Positions 12,992 through 24,881 of a stretch of DNA of 64,000 nucleotides are shown in pieces (positions within the stretch are counted from its first letter, which is position 1; every line of letters begins with the position of its first letter). The position numbers and the translations under genes were made by a program. Source of the stretch: Thelocarpon superellum. Its lineage: Eukaryota. Location of the stretch: NCBI GenBank assembly GCA_026025795.1, contig JAPEUG010000014.1, forward strand, positions 1-64,000, in the 5' to 3' direction. Under the pieces are notes generated by a model that did no database searches, was not told the DNA's origin, and saw only the letters and a list, made by a program, of their open reading frames with translations.

Positions 12992-14522
12992 TTAGATAAG
13001 ATCTGTCCGTGGTGATTAGCCGTGATTGACGGTGAGCGCGCCGCGCCACACCTACCAGCCACGTTCATGGGCATCTCCTCGATCTGGGTGCTGTAGAACT
13101 GCTCGATCTCGCGCATCATGCGGACGTCGTCGGCCGTGACGAAGTTGATGGCCACGCCCTTTCGTCCGAATCGACCGCCACGACCGATCCGATGGATGTA
13201 GTTCTCCCGGTTGGCCGGCAGATCGTAGTTGATGACCAGCGACACCTGCTGCACGTCGATGCCACGCGCCAGCAGATCCGTGGCGATGAGCACGCGCGAC
13301 GAGCCCGAGCGGAACTCCTTCATGATGAGGTCTCGCTGGGCCTGGTCCATGTCGCCGTGCATGGCCGACACGGTGAAGTCGCGCGCCGTCAGCTTGTCCG
13401 TGAGCCAGTCGACCTTTCGTCGCGTGTTGCAGAAGATGACGGCCTGCGTGATGGTGACCGTCTCGTAGAGATCGGAGAGGGTGTCGAGCTTCCAGTCCTC
13501 CTTCTCGACCGCAATGTAGAACTGCTTGATACCCTCGAGCGTGAGCTCGGCCTTCTTGACCAAGATGCGCACCGGGTCACGCATGAACTTGGTCGTGACC
13601 TCGAGCACGTCCTGCGGCATGGTGGCCGACAGCAGCACCACCTGCGTCGACTGCGGCAGCAGCTGGAAGATGTCGTAGATTTGCTCCGTGAATCCGCGCT
13701 ATTGCCCGCGTCCGGATATCAGCGGGGCCGGCAGAGAAGGGCAATCATGGAGACGTACCGACAGCATCTCGTCGGCTTCATCGAGCACGAACATCTTCAT
13801 CGAGTCCGTCTTGAGGTAGCGGCGCTGAATCATGTCATGCACCCGGCCCGGGGTGCCCACGATGACTTGTGGGCCCTCGGCCAGGGCCTTCTGGTCATCG
13901 CGCACGCTGGTGCCGCCGATGCAGGCGTGGCACTCGACGTTCATAAAGTCCCCGATCGCGACCACGACTTTCTGGATCTGCTGGGCCAGCTCGCGCGTCG
14001 GGGCCAAGATCAGGGCCTGACATTGCTTGATGTTGGGGTCGAGCTTCTGCAACACCGACACGGAGAAGGTGGCCGTCTTGCCCGTTCCGGACTGGGCTTG
14101 AGCGATGACGTCGTGGCCTGGGATAGGCCGTCAGCGCGGGCGCAGCATCACCGCAAGCAGGATGCTCACCCTTGATGACGGGCATGATGGCGCGTTGCTG
14201 GATGGCAGACGGCCGCTCAAAGCCGTAGGCGTAGACTCCTGCGATAGGTCAGCCTCGGCCGACTCGTGGTCACGAGCGATATCCAACCACGTACCGCGCA
14301 GGAGTTCCGATTTGAGACCCATCGCATCAAAAGAGTCGGTGGTCTCATCGTAGTTGGATTCGATTTGTCCTGCCGGCGTCCCTGTCAGTCGCCACCTGTT
14401 GCCATCTGGAGGGGTATCGGCTGGCGTCGGGTGGCCCGGCGCTGCGCCCACGCACGATCCCCAAGCGACAGGTGAGGTCACATACCCTCCTGGATCTCCT
14501 CCAGGCCTTTATCGGTAGCCAT
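12992..14522 (-). CDS. TIF1: Translation initiation factor eIF4A (DEAD-box helicase)
   Basis: [22 protein letters not shown]..., [40 protein letters not shown], ends MPMNVAD|LI* via a short last exon. Confidence 0.97.
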
Positions 14523-14903
14523 GATTGCGATGCCGATGTGTCAGATCTAGATCACAAGCGATGCTTGATGACCTAGAAAATGAGGAAGGGAGGAAGTGCG
14601 GAGATGAAGTGGGTGTGGTGGGGTAGGGTGTGGTGCGAGTGGCGACGATCGGAAAGAAGCCGATCCGAAGCACTGAGCGTGATTGTCCGAGAAGGTTGCA
14701 GGGTCAAGACTCTCACGATCGGAGAGCAATGACGGGAAGTGATGTGTGTAGAGTGTGGTGTAGTAGTATCTAGAAATTTGATGGGGAGAAAAGAAGTTGT
14801 CCCCGGGACGTCGGGTGTTGGATATATCCGCCGAAAATTTAGGAATTGGTCTAGCGTAGAGTTGGTGGTGTCACGGCCCTAAGTGGCACGGTGGGGGGAG
14901 GGC

Positions 14904-14910
14904 TGACTCA
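14904..14910. promoter_or_regulatory. Possible CpcA/Gcn4 (AP-1-type) site TGACTCA in the eIF4A / F-box-JmjC divergent promoter
   Basis: Perfect TGACTCA heptamer; single site, function untested. Confidence 0.3.
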
Positions 14911-15093
14911 CGGTCTCCAGCCTCACCACCACCCACCACCACCCACCACCACCCCCATCGCGTCTTGTCTAAGCGACCGCTGCGATCGGAGGAGCACATC
15001 CACGGAATGAGCCGACAGGGGCGGGGGCCACTGGCTACACCGTCGGCGACGAGCCTGTCATCCCGATCCGGGCTGACACAGTATTGACAGAAT

Positions 15094-16816
15094 ATGCGAC
15101 CTTTTCATGGGACTGCCTCGCAGACGTTGGCGCCTCTGAGCCTAGCGTCGCCGGCGGATGACGCCCTAATTTGTCCACCGCATCCGCTACGTATCAAACC
15201 AGCGGGCAACGTCTACACTGCCCGTGGCAACCTCCGCGCAGCAGCCGGCGTCTTGCATCGATTGCCGGATGAGTTGCTCGTCGCCGTGCTTGAGCATCTG
15301 GATGCACCGGCCCTGCTGAGCATCGGGTCAACATGCAAGGCCTTGTATGCCTTTGCATGGTTGGATGAACTGTGGAAGGCGCTGTTCATTGGGTATCTCT
15401 CTCCTGGGACGCTTTCCTTGATCGTGCCCATGTACATATGACTCAATGGACCAGCTCCATCACGACCGAGCTATCGGCGCGTATCTGGGAGGCTTTGCTG
15501 AACCGTGGTGGTGGTAGGTCGGCCCGAGCATTGTCTCCTTTCTCCTGGCACGGGACCTGGCGCAGCACCTTCCTGCGTCACTCCATACCGCCCTCGTCAG
15601 TGATTCCGTGTGACCACCTATTCTCTGATGCTCTCTACCGTCCTTTCTATTGTGCTCATACCCCTCTCGACCCATTCGTCTCCGACGTCCCGGCCCTGCA
15701 GGCCATTCCGCGGCTGAGCCAGCTTTCCGCCAGCGACTTTGGCTCGACATGGGCTGACTCACCCTTCATTCTCACGGATGTGGTGCCCACGTGGCCCTTG
15801 TATCGTACATGGTCCATCACCGACCTCCTGGCGCGATACGGCGACGTCCGCTTTCGAGCCGAGGCGGTTGACTGGCCGCTGCAGCAATACGTCGAGTACA
15901 TGGAGGACAACCGCGATGAGAGCCCACTCTATCTTTTTGACAAAGATTTTGTCGGGAAGATGGGTTTGACGGTGGGGGAGGACGGTGGAGATTACTGGGC
16001 TCCCGAGTGTTTCGGAGAAGACCTCTTTGAAGTCCTCCGCCGGAAGAACCAGCGACCCGACTGGCGCTGGTTGATCATGGGGCCAGAGCGAAGCGGGAGC
16101 ACTTTTCATAAAGATCCCAACGCCACCAGGTCAGCTGCTCTCCTGTCATTGTGTCACTCTGACATTCACTCTGGATCAAGCGCCTGGAACGCCGTCATCC
16201 GAGGGGCCAAGTACTGGATCATGTTCCCGACCACGAAACAATCTCCTCCGCCTCCTGGAGTGTTCGTGTCCGAGGATCAGAGCGAAGTCACCAGTCCCTT
16301 GAGCATCGCGGAGTGGCTTCTTGGATTCCATGCCGAGGCACGAAAGACCAAAGGCTGCATGGAAGGCATCTGCCGTGAGGGAGAGTTGCTGCACGTGCCT
16401 TCAGGTATGACGGTGCGCGGACGAAGATGTCAGGCATTAGCTGAGGTAATTTTCTTCCTGCAGGATGGTGGCATTTGGTTGTCAATTTGAGCCCTTCCGT
16501 CGCCATCACCCAGAACTTCGTGCCACGGAAACACCTCGCCGCGGCGTTATCGTTCCTGCGAGACAAGCCAGACCAGGTCTCGGGCTTTCGATCCGACGTG
16601 GTGGATCCATATCGGACCTTTGTGGAGTGCATGCAAGACCATCCGGAGATGCTCGCGGAGGCACTCGCGGAAGCGGATCGGGCCTCAGAGACGGGCAAGA
16701 AGCGTAAGTGGGAAGCGGTAGTGCGAGACCAAGGCGAGGACGATACGTCGAGGCGGAGCGAGGGCTTCACATTTGGCTTTGGAGGCGATGATCAAGACGC
16801 CGTGGATATACCATAG
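15094..16816 (+). CDS. F-box and JmjC domain protein (JMJD6-like cupin)
   Basis: F-box LHRLPDELLVAVLEHLD...CKALY; JmjC ESPLYLFD, WLIMGPERSGSTFHKDPNATSAWN, GWWHLVVN; introns 15393-15517, 16130-16180, 16405-16463. Confidence 0.9.
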
Positions 16817-16915
16817 ATGAATGAAAGGAGCACGACCAACGTTGCACCTCAGTCCGCTGTTCGGAACCGTCCGCCATCACCGCTCAATCGCCTTTTCAGC
16901 CATGACCCAACGTTC

Positions 16916-17622
16916 TTAATGGCACGCAACGCTCTTGGAAGCACTTGGGCTAGGAAAGCACATGTATCCGAGAAACGCCCCCACGCCGACCGCCAGCATT
17001 ACCCAGCCATTGTATGTCATAAACAGAAGCCTTGCAAGGAATCAGCCCCAGCGCTCGGATCAGATTGATCACGGACGGGAGTCGACTCACATGATGAAGA
17101 ATGAATACAGGACTTGCGCCGTGTAAAAGGCGGCTCGAACGGGCTTCGTGGTGTCCCGACCGGTGGTCTGAGGCTTGCCTGGATGGATCAATGAGCTCGG
17201 GTCCTCGTGGTCATCATCTGGGAAAGCTTCAGTCCCCGCCGAGGTCATGATTGGCTGTGAGGGGGCGACTGACCCGGCAGCCGAATGGCCAATTGAGCGC
17301 AGCGGGCCTCATATCGACGACTGGCGTTCCGGAGGAGCTCGTAGCCGGCCGTCACAAGAACAATGATGCAGAGAGACCAGATCAGCGACAATGTGTCGGT
17401 GATCTGCCACTGCGGGAAGATGATGCAGAGGTTCTGCGTCTCCCAGGTGAAGACCATCTACCGAGGGTGATGGGTGAGCACGCCTGCGGGCTCGAAGGGC
17501 CATGGCCGACTCACGTTCATCTTGCACATGCTCCCGTGGTCCATGCCGCCGTGGTCCATGCCGCCGTGGTCCATGCCGCCGTGCTTCATGCCGCCGTGAC
17601 CCATAGCAGCGTGATCCATCAT
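16916..17622 (-). CDS. CTR2: Ctr-family copper transporter (Ctr2-like)
   Basis: Four exons: Met/His-rich MMDHAAMGHGGMKHGGMDHGGMDHGGMDHGSMCKMN|MVFTW...AGYE...YSFFIM|LLFMTYNG (MxxxM motif)...GYMCF...VACH*. Confidence 0.9.
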
Positions 17623-18137
17623 GGTGCAGGTGAAGGCAGAAGAGATGATAACAATCTCGCTTTCAGCCGTTGCAGATGCTTTGCTCCGAGAGAGTGAGCG
17701 GAGTTGGAGGGGCGGCGGGTGGTGCGTCGTACTCGTACGCCTAGGGGAATCCGAATCCCGTGACCGCTCCGCTCAGCGCGCAGGCTCGGCTCCGAGCCAC
17801 ATGGCAATCCATGTCACCCGAGTATGTTACTCATCCAGGTTGGCCACCGCTGTTGGCGGCAGTGTTAACTGGTAACCGCGCTCCGCGATCGGACCGTTGC
17901 GGACTGCGTGCTGCTGCAGCCCGCCGGCTAGACCGGAGATGTCGGCCTGCACGTACCTCCGTGCAGATCGGTAATCAGGCCGTAGCAATGTTCTTTAATA
18001 ATCAGCGCTTTGCTTTCGTCATAGATCGAGGAGGACTATATATTTCCTATCGCCCCGCGAGATGACCAAAGATAAGAAGATCTCCTCGGCGTCCTCCTTC
18101 GAGTGCATTCACTTCCGGTACCGAAAATCACTGCAAA

Positions 18138-18779
18138 ATGCTCTCAAAGCCGCTCAATCTTCCCAAGTGGTATGGTACATGTGACTTTGCTGGCGGGATG
18201 AGATACTCACGTGTTGGTAGGCTGGAAGAGAACTCCCACCTGCTCCAGCCGCCAATCAATAACTACTGCGTGTACAGTGAAGGGTGCACGGTCATGGTGA
18301 GCGACCTTGCCCTGCGTCCAGGGGTCCGGCCGGTTAACCACGCCCGCCACTAGATCGTCGGCGGTCCCAACGCGCGAACAGACTACCATATCAACGAGAC
18401 GGCGGAATGGTTCTACCAATATCGCGGGGCCATGCTGCTCAAAGTCGTTGACGAGGGAGAGTTCCGCGACATCAGGATCGGCGAAGGCGAAATGTTCCTC
18501 CTGCCGCCCAATACCCCGCACAATCCCATTCGATTCGCCGACACCGTCGGCATCGTGCTCGAGCAAATCCGGCCCGAGACGTCGCAAGATCGCTTGCGGT
18601 GGTACTGCCAGAACTGCGGCAACGCGGTGCACGAGAAAGCCTTTCACTGTACGGATTTGGGCTCCCAGATCAAGGAGGCCGTCATAGCCTTCCGCGACGA
18701 TACGGAGGCGAGGAAGTGCAGCCGGTGCGGCGAGACGGCCGATATCCATCCCAGGGTGCAACACGATCCGGCATCGTGA
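18138..18779 (+). CDS. BNA1: 3-hydroxyanthranilate 3,4-dioxygenase
   Basis: [25 protein letters not shown]...|[26 protein letters not shown], rubredoxin-like CQNC/CSRC; two introns. Confidence 0.95.
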
Positions 18780-18827
18780 ATCTCCCCCAAAGTCGGACTA
18801 TCCCTCCACGGCGCTCGGAGAACATGG

Positions 18828-19655
18828 CTACGTCTCGTGGAACTCATACAGTCCACCTCGGTCATGGACCTCGACCTCTATCCGACCTTGGTCTAGCTCG
18901 ACTCCGTCGATCTTGATCCCGGCCCGCACGACATCGCCTGTCGCCACAGAGCCGACGCCCTTGGGCGTGCCCGTGAGCACGATGTCGCCCTTCTCCAGCG
19001 CCATGACCTTGGATACCTCGCTCAAGATGCGTGGGATGCGAAAGAGCATCAGGTTGGTCGAATCCGATTGCCGCATCTGATGGTTCACCGACAGGTATAG
19101 ATGGGCCGAGTGAGGATCAGGGATGCGGGCCTTGGGGATATAGTGACTGCAACGGCCGCCCCATCGAGGTCAGCACGCCACCCTGGGGCCGAGCGCGCGA
19201 TACGAGGCATACCTGAGAGGCAGAAAGGTGTCGAAGCCTTTCGCGATGCTCCATGGGAGACCTTTTCGCTTGGCTTCATCTTGTGCATTTCGCGCCGTCA
19301 TGTCGATGCCTACGGCGTAGCCATCAATCGCATCTATTGCACCTTGCTCGTCCCGCTCGTCCAAATCCCGCAGCTCCCGGCCCATGATCAGGGCCAGCTC
19401 AACTTCGTAATGCATGATGATGCCTCGGGGCCGTAGCACCGGCCCCGATCGCGGTAGCAAGATGGACGAGGGCGGCTTGAGGAAGAAGAACGGCTGCTTT
19501 GGGCGTGCGTTGTTCAACTCCCTGATGTGGTCGCTGCGAGATTTGGTCAGCCGCGGCCGAGGGTGACGATCATGATGGTCAGTTGCACCGAGGACGTACG
19601 CATAGTTTCGCCCGATGCACACCACCTTGCGTGCATTGGCTTTGATGGATGCCAT
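18828..19655 (-). CDS. Fumarylacetoacetate-hydrolase family protein (FAHD1/Fmp41-like)
   Basis: KVVCIGRNYA, FFFLKPPSS, HYEVEL, IDMTARNAQ, LPWSIAKGFDTF, GDIVLTGTPKGVG. Confidence 0.92.
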
Positions 19656-20061
19656 GGCGATGAGCAGGGTGTGTCTTTGGAAGGTGGGGCCAATTCGAGC
19701 GGCCTTGGCCAGCTAGTCCATCATCTCAGGGACGCTGGTGGCGGTCATGGGCCTGGGACACATGCCGAGCCCACGACTCATAGCACGAGTATGAGTAACA
19801 TATGTTAACATTACTCGTAGGCGGTGCCGCTCGGTCTTGGCTTTCGGCAGTCCGTCTACCTGCCGATCTGTGGCATGGAGAACCGAGAACACGCAGTATG
19901 TTACTCGTACGAGCACTCGCCATTCTGGCCGACGACAGGTGACGGGCGACTTGGGTGAGGGACGCAGAAACTCGCCTCACCAGTCACGTGTCTCCGTCAT
20001 CGTACAAGTAACATAGCTATCGACTGCCCTCGCCACTCACTGCGGTCAGACATCCCAGACC

Positions 20062-20443
20062 ATGCAGATCGCCGAGATCCTCTCGGATCTGACCTCATTC
20101 CGTGTCTGCGTAGGTACCACCGTGCCTCATCAGCTACGCTTTGCTGACTGCCGGGTGACAGGGACATGCGGAGGCCATGGCGCTCGTTCACGCCGCGCAG
20201 CTCGTACCACCTGCCGACTCTACGACTTCAGCGACGCAACCGGCCAGCGCAGACGCCCAGGCAGTGACCCTGGCAACGGAGAAGAAGCCAGAGGACAGCG
20301 CCGATGTTCGCCGGGCGTTCGATCTCATGAGCTTACACACCTCCTTGAAGGTCCAGCCCCAAGAGCGTCAGCAGGCGGCACTGCAGCAGGCGAGGAAGGA
20401 CGTGAGTGAGGTCATGGTCAAGGTGCGGCGGGTCGATTTCTAG
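20062..20443 (+). CDS. Small hypothetical protein (about 110 aa)
   Basis: MQIAEILSDLTSFRVC|GHAEAMALV... after intron 20110-20161 (GTAGGT...CTGAC...CAG); helical C-terminal half. Confidence 0.7.
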
Positions 20444-20854
20444 GTAGGCCTGTCGACCAAGAAGACCCCAGCATAGGGCTGGGGGTGAAGGAAGAATGAC
20501 CAAATGGCCGAGTGCTATCGACAACAATCAACTCTCCGCTGCGAGGCGCCCAACTTAGGGTTTGTTGGGGGCGGATACAACAATACTTCCACGCCATCCA
20601 AACAACGCTTGACGGAGAAGCCACCAACAAGCGGAAAGAGAAGGAGACCACTGACATAGGGTTGAGCGTGGAAGAAGCAAGAGAAGAATGAAAGGAAACC
20701 CAAGACAATGCAGGACGAAACTCAACGAAGAGACCACCGACGGGCGGAGGGACGAAGGAGGCCACCTGACGTAGGGTTGTGCGGTGGAAAAGAACGAGAG
20801 TGGAGGGGAGGGGACCCAACGCGATGCGGAACGCAGCTCAACACGGTCCGGCGC

Positions 20855-22190
20855 TCAAGTCGCCAACGTCACAAACTCAATCTCATCTCCCGCCGGTGCG
20901 AGACGTTCGCCGTTGGCCAAGGTCTTCAACGCGGACTTGGCGGGGTGCGCGAGCTCGCGCCCCAGCAGCATGGTGAGCAGGGGCTGGGTCATGAAGATGT
21001 TCCGCGTCTTGCGGATGAAGCGATGGCGGCGACTGGCCCGAGGTGGCGAGACTACCGGCATGGCATCCGTGCAGGCCAAAAGCACGTCGTCTGTGGAGAG
21101 CAAAGGCTCGGCCTCGGCGGCCTTCATGGCCTCGGTAGCCTCCGTTGCGGCCTCTATGGCCTCGGCCACTTGATCGGCGCCGGCGAGAAGGTCGCGGCAG
21201 GAGATTGGTGGCGGCATGCCCGGTGCCTCGCTTTTTGGCCGGTCTGTCGACACGGCGCCTGGCTCGCCAGCAGGAGCAGCACATCCGCAGGGCCAGAGAA
21301 GGCCATCGACAGGTGGCTGAGCTTCCTCAGCGGGAACCGCGTCGGTGGGTTCTGGAAGACCCTGCGCTTCTGGCGTGTCTTCTTGGTGCTCGGATGCACG
21401 CACATCGGCCGCAACGTCGATTGCCGTCGACGAACCCTCGTCCTAAGGGTGGATGTTGTCAGCAAGATTGAAGGCGCGAGGACAAGAAAATCATGAGGCC
21501 TACCGCGGGATTTGCCTCCTCTACCTCGGGCGGTCGCTGGACATCAGCCGCTTCGGTGACTGCCTTGGCGTTGGCAGTGGTGTCTGGAAGGACGGCAGCA
21601 TCGCTTGGCGTCTCGGCTTGTTCCGCCGGAGTCTTCTCGGACATGGTCCCGCTGGGCTTCTCGGACACGGCCTCGCTGGCCTTGTCGAACACGGCCGCGC
21701 TGGGCTTCTCGGGCTTCGCCCCGCTGGGCTTCTCGGGCTTGGCCGCGCTGGGCTTCTCGGGCTTGGCCACGCTGGGCTTCTCGCTCGACTTGGACACAAT
21801 CCCCGCGGAAGAAAAGAAATGCAGGAAGTCGATGATGGGCTTGGACGCCCCGGTACCTCGGCCTTCGCTCATGGAAGTCTTGGACGACGCCGCACCTCCG
21901 GTGCGGCTATTCTTGCGGGACCGCGAAGCCTGCTTGTTGGCCGGCGGAGGACGCGTCTCTGCCGACGCCGGGGTAGGCGACTTGGCCGGTTCGGGCTGTC
22001 GACCCGCAGACTGCTTGCCCTTCCCGATGCATTCGTCCGATTCATCGACCACACCCGTGGCGACGTCCGCGTCGTCCGCAGGGACTGGTGGTGGAGCCGC
22101 ATGCGTCCCGCCGACGAGGGCATCATATATCTCGCTGGGCATGATTGAAGGGCCCGCCTCGTCGAGTTCCTCGTGAAAGGCCGACTTCAT
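20855..22190 (-). CDS. Hypothetical low-complexity protein with KPEKPSAA repeats
   Basis: Two ORFs joined in frame by canonical intron 21443-21503; short basic/hydrophobic C-terminal motif RRHRFIRKTRNIFMTQPLLTMLLGRELAHP; start uncertain (22190 or 22415). Confidence 0.6.
21640..21782 (-). repeat. 24-bp coding tandem repeat (about 6 copies, EKPSAAKP-like)
   Basis: Recurring gctgggcttctcgg on the + strand at 24-nt spacing. Confidence 0.8.
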
Positions 22191-23522
22191 ATCGGCGGCT
22201 GGCGTTGGGCGATGGGTAGAAGGTGAGGAAGAGGGGACGTCGGCGTTGCCGTCGGCGTCGGAGACGTGACTCGAGCCGGAACAGATCGACGCGCGCTGAG
22301 AGTGCACTCGAGAGAAGGGAGGCGATGAGTGCAGGGGGACGGCTGCAGTCGGGGTAGAGATACGCAAGATAATCAGCTCGAGTGGGTTGGTCTTTTTGGT
22401 GGCAGCTGTGCTCATAATGGTATGTATGGATGATGTGGATGATGGATGTGTGAAGCGTCAACAGAAAGCGAGGGGAGGGACTTTATGGGCGGGGCGGGCC
22501 AGCAGCGGGCACCAAGATCAACACAACCTAGGGGGAGTGATACAGGCTCCGCCATGAGGAAGTCGCGACCCTCCTTGCCCACGACTCGCCAAATCCCCCC
22601 GTCGAACACCTTGATGGACCCGGGCACCGCCGGATCGACCATCCGTCAAGTCCTCCATCGCGTCGGATCACCCTGCAGTCGGATCGCCCACCTCGTCTTG
22701 GACCCTACGGGGTCCCTCCTTCTGCGGATCGTGGTCGTTCGCATCGCGCTCATCAACTGGCCGGGGTCCCTGCGAGATCATGGAAGTGCTCCAGATCTGA
22801 TTGGAGGGTGGGAACAGACGCGGTGGGAGGATAGGAAGGAGGAGCTCGGCGGATTGGAACAGGGGAGATTGTCTGACGCGTGGTATGTTGCCGTGCTCGG
22901 TGGATATCCAGAGAAATAGAGCCGACGATGGGAATAAGTGATGCGAACAGAAATATCACCGACGATAGGGATATGTCTACGGGAACAGAAGCGTGCATCT
23001 CTTGAGGAAGATATCGCCGAGAGCCTGCCCCTACGACAAATATGCGGAACGGCACGCTCGAGTAGGGATGTCTTGCCCATGTGTGTAATTTATGAAGAAA
23101 GCATCCACACAGAACGCGGTCAGTCTGCGTACGTAATATAAGAATTATATCCCAGCGTCCTCCCTCCCGTGCATATATTTACATATGCATTACATATCTG
23201 CAGGCCGGGGCACGCCGTGGACGGCTACCTTTGCTACAACAAGACATGACTAAGATAAATATCCATGGGATCGCCCGACATAGTTTCGAGAGAACTGAAC
23301 AGCTACGTGAGCTTGACAACTTGCACGTCAGTCCCTCGTCGGCATTGACAGGTGCCCAGATGTTCCAGGAGGGGAATGAAAACTCCATGGACCTCTTTCC
23401 CTGTTGGAAAAGCCGTGTCGACAGGGCAAGGGTTCGATCAGGGAGGCACGTAGATCGCGCCGCTCCTACCCGTCACGAGACCAACGCTCGCGCCTGTTTG
23501 CATCCCCAGCCCCGTGCTCCCT

Positions 23523-23734
23523 TCTCAGGCCAAGTGCGGGAGCAAGACGAGGAGATACAACATCTCGTGGAGTCGTCTCAGGCCAAGTACGGGAGCAAGA
23601 CGAAAAGATACAACATCTCGTGGAGTGGTCTCAGGCCAAGTACGGGAGCAAGACAAGAAGATACAACATCTCGTGGAGTCTTCTCAGGCCAAGTCCGGGA
23701 GCAAGAAAAGAAGATACAACATCTCGTGGGGTGC
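23523..23734. repeat. 53-bp minisatellite, 4 copies
   Basis: Units start at 23523, 23576, 23629 and 23682: TCTCAGGCCAAGTnCGGGAGCAAGAnnAnnAGATACAACATCTCGTGGnGTnn. Confidence 0.95.
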
Positions 23735-23857
23735 GTCTACTTGCTGCTGTTGCCACTCTTACAGGAACAGCCAACCGGGCCACACCGGTGAAAAATAATA
23801 GATGAGACGCCGGGGTATAATGCACCCGCGCAATCGCCAGCACCACAAGAATGCACG

Positions 23858-24523
23858 TCACGAATCCTGCGTAGACTCCTTTCCGCGGTGCACGACAAAG
23901 TACCTGCCCACTTTCTTTGAGGGCAGCGCAAGCGGATCCCACGGTTCATCACCGCCCTTTGCATCCCCCCCTGCCTCCATCTTCGTCTTCAGCTTCTTCC
24001 TTATCCTCCTCCGGTTGACGCCCACGGCCTCTTCGGCCTGCACGAGCGTCTCCAGCTCTTCCAGTGTTGCTTGCTCCGCCTCCCGCTCCGCCTCGGGCGT
24101 CTCGTCCGCAATACCGCGCAGTGGCTCGACGCCTGCTGTGTCCACACTCTGCACGTCCCGCACGAAATGCAGCTGCGACCTTAGCGTGGCCAGCATGCTC
24201 TCTTCCTGCTCGGCCGACGCAGGAGGCGGGAGGGCAGAGAGGCGCAGGAGATGATGGAGCTTGGCGGGTGTGATGGCGGGGGAATCTTGCGTGGCGTGTG
24301 TGGCCGGGCCGGAGGGGGGCAGGAGGGATCGGACCGACCATTGCGGCGTCGAGAGCATTGCTTGGATGTTGTTGGCGAGTCGTGAGTGGGGGGGTGCTGA
24401 TGTTGAGCGTGGGCATGTGCTGGTCCATTTGCGGAAAGGCCCGGGTAGGCGTTGAAGGGGGGGATGCATGTACTGGAGGTGGCGTGGGCGGCACCAAGGC
24501 AGCACCGCGGCGCGGCATTCCAT
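23858..24523 (-). CDS. Mitochondrial Glu-tRNA(Gln) amidotransferase small subunit (GatC/Gta3-like)
   Basis: PQWSVRSLL, ITPAKLHHLLRLSALP, LRSQLHFVRDVQSVDTAGVEPL, GRYFVV; N-terminus and start uncertain. Confidence 0.75.
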   Translation of the reverse strand: MECRAAVLPWCRPRHLQYMHPPLQRLPGPFRKWTSTCPRSTSAPPHSRLANNIQAMLSTPQWSVRSLLPPSGPATHATQDSPAITPAKLHHLLRLSALPPPASAEQEESMLATLRSQLHFVRDVQSVDTAGVEPLRGIADETPEAEREAEQATLEELETLVQAEEAVGVNRRRIRKKLKTKMEAGGDAKGGDEPWDPLALPSKKVGRYFVVHRGKESTQDS

Positions 24524-24881
24524 GGTGGCGTGCTGTGGGATTGCCTATGGGAGCGGTCCAGTCTCGGAAGGAAGGAATGGCCTGTTTACATGGTCGGTGC
24601 TGGTGCTGGGGCAGGTTTCGTTGTGGACGGGGCATTGCACGTCCATGGAAGTGACGTTCGACTGTCAAAATGGATGTCATGTCACGTGACGAGTCTTCTT
24701 TCTCCTGGACTTCATTGTCCCCGCCAGTATACCAAGGGCTCATCCATTACCTGGTATTGTGCGCAGCAACGGCACTCTAGTGAGTGCCTCTCGTGCACCG
24801 GACCCGTGTTTGGTTTAGCAAGATTCTATGGCTGGTCGCATCACAAGGGTCGTATCCCACGTCGTCTTTCCCCCTCCTGCC

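Noticed and set aside
18138..19655. BNA1 plus FAH-family gene as a 3-hydroxyanthranilate catabolic cluster
   Set aside because: The FAH protein looks like housekeeping FAHD1/Fmp41, and no other pathway genes are nearby
23523..23734. CRISPR array
   Set aside because: Units are contiguous near-identical repeats with no unique spacers; eukaryotic context; no cas genes
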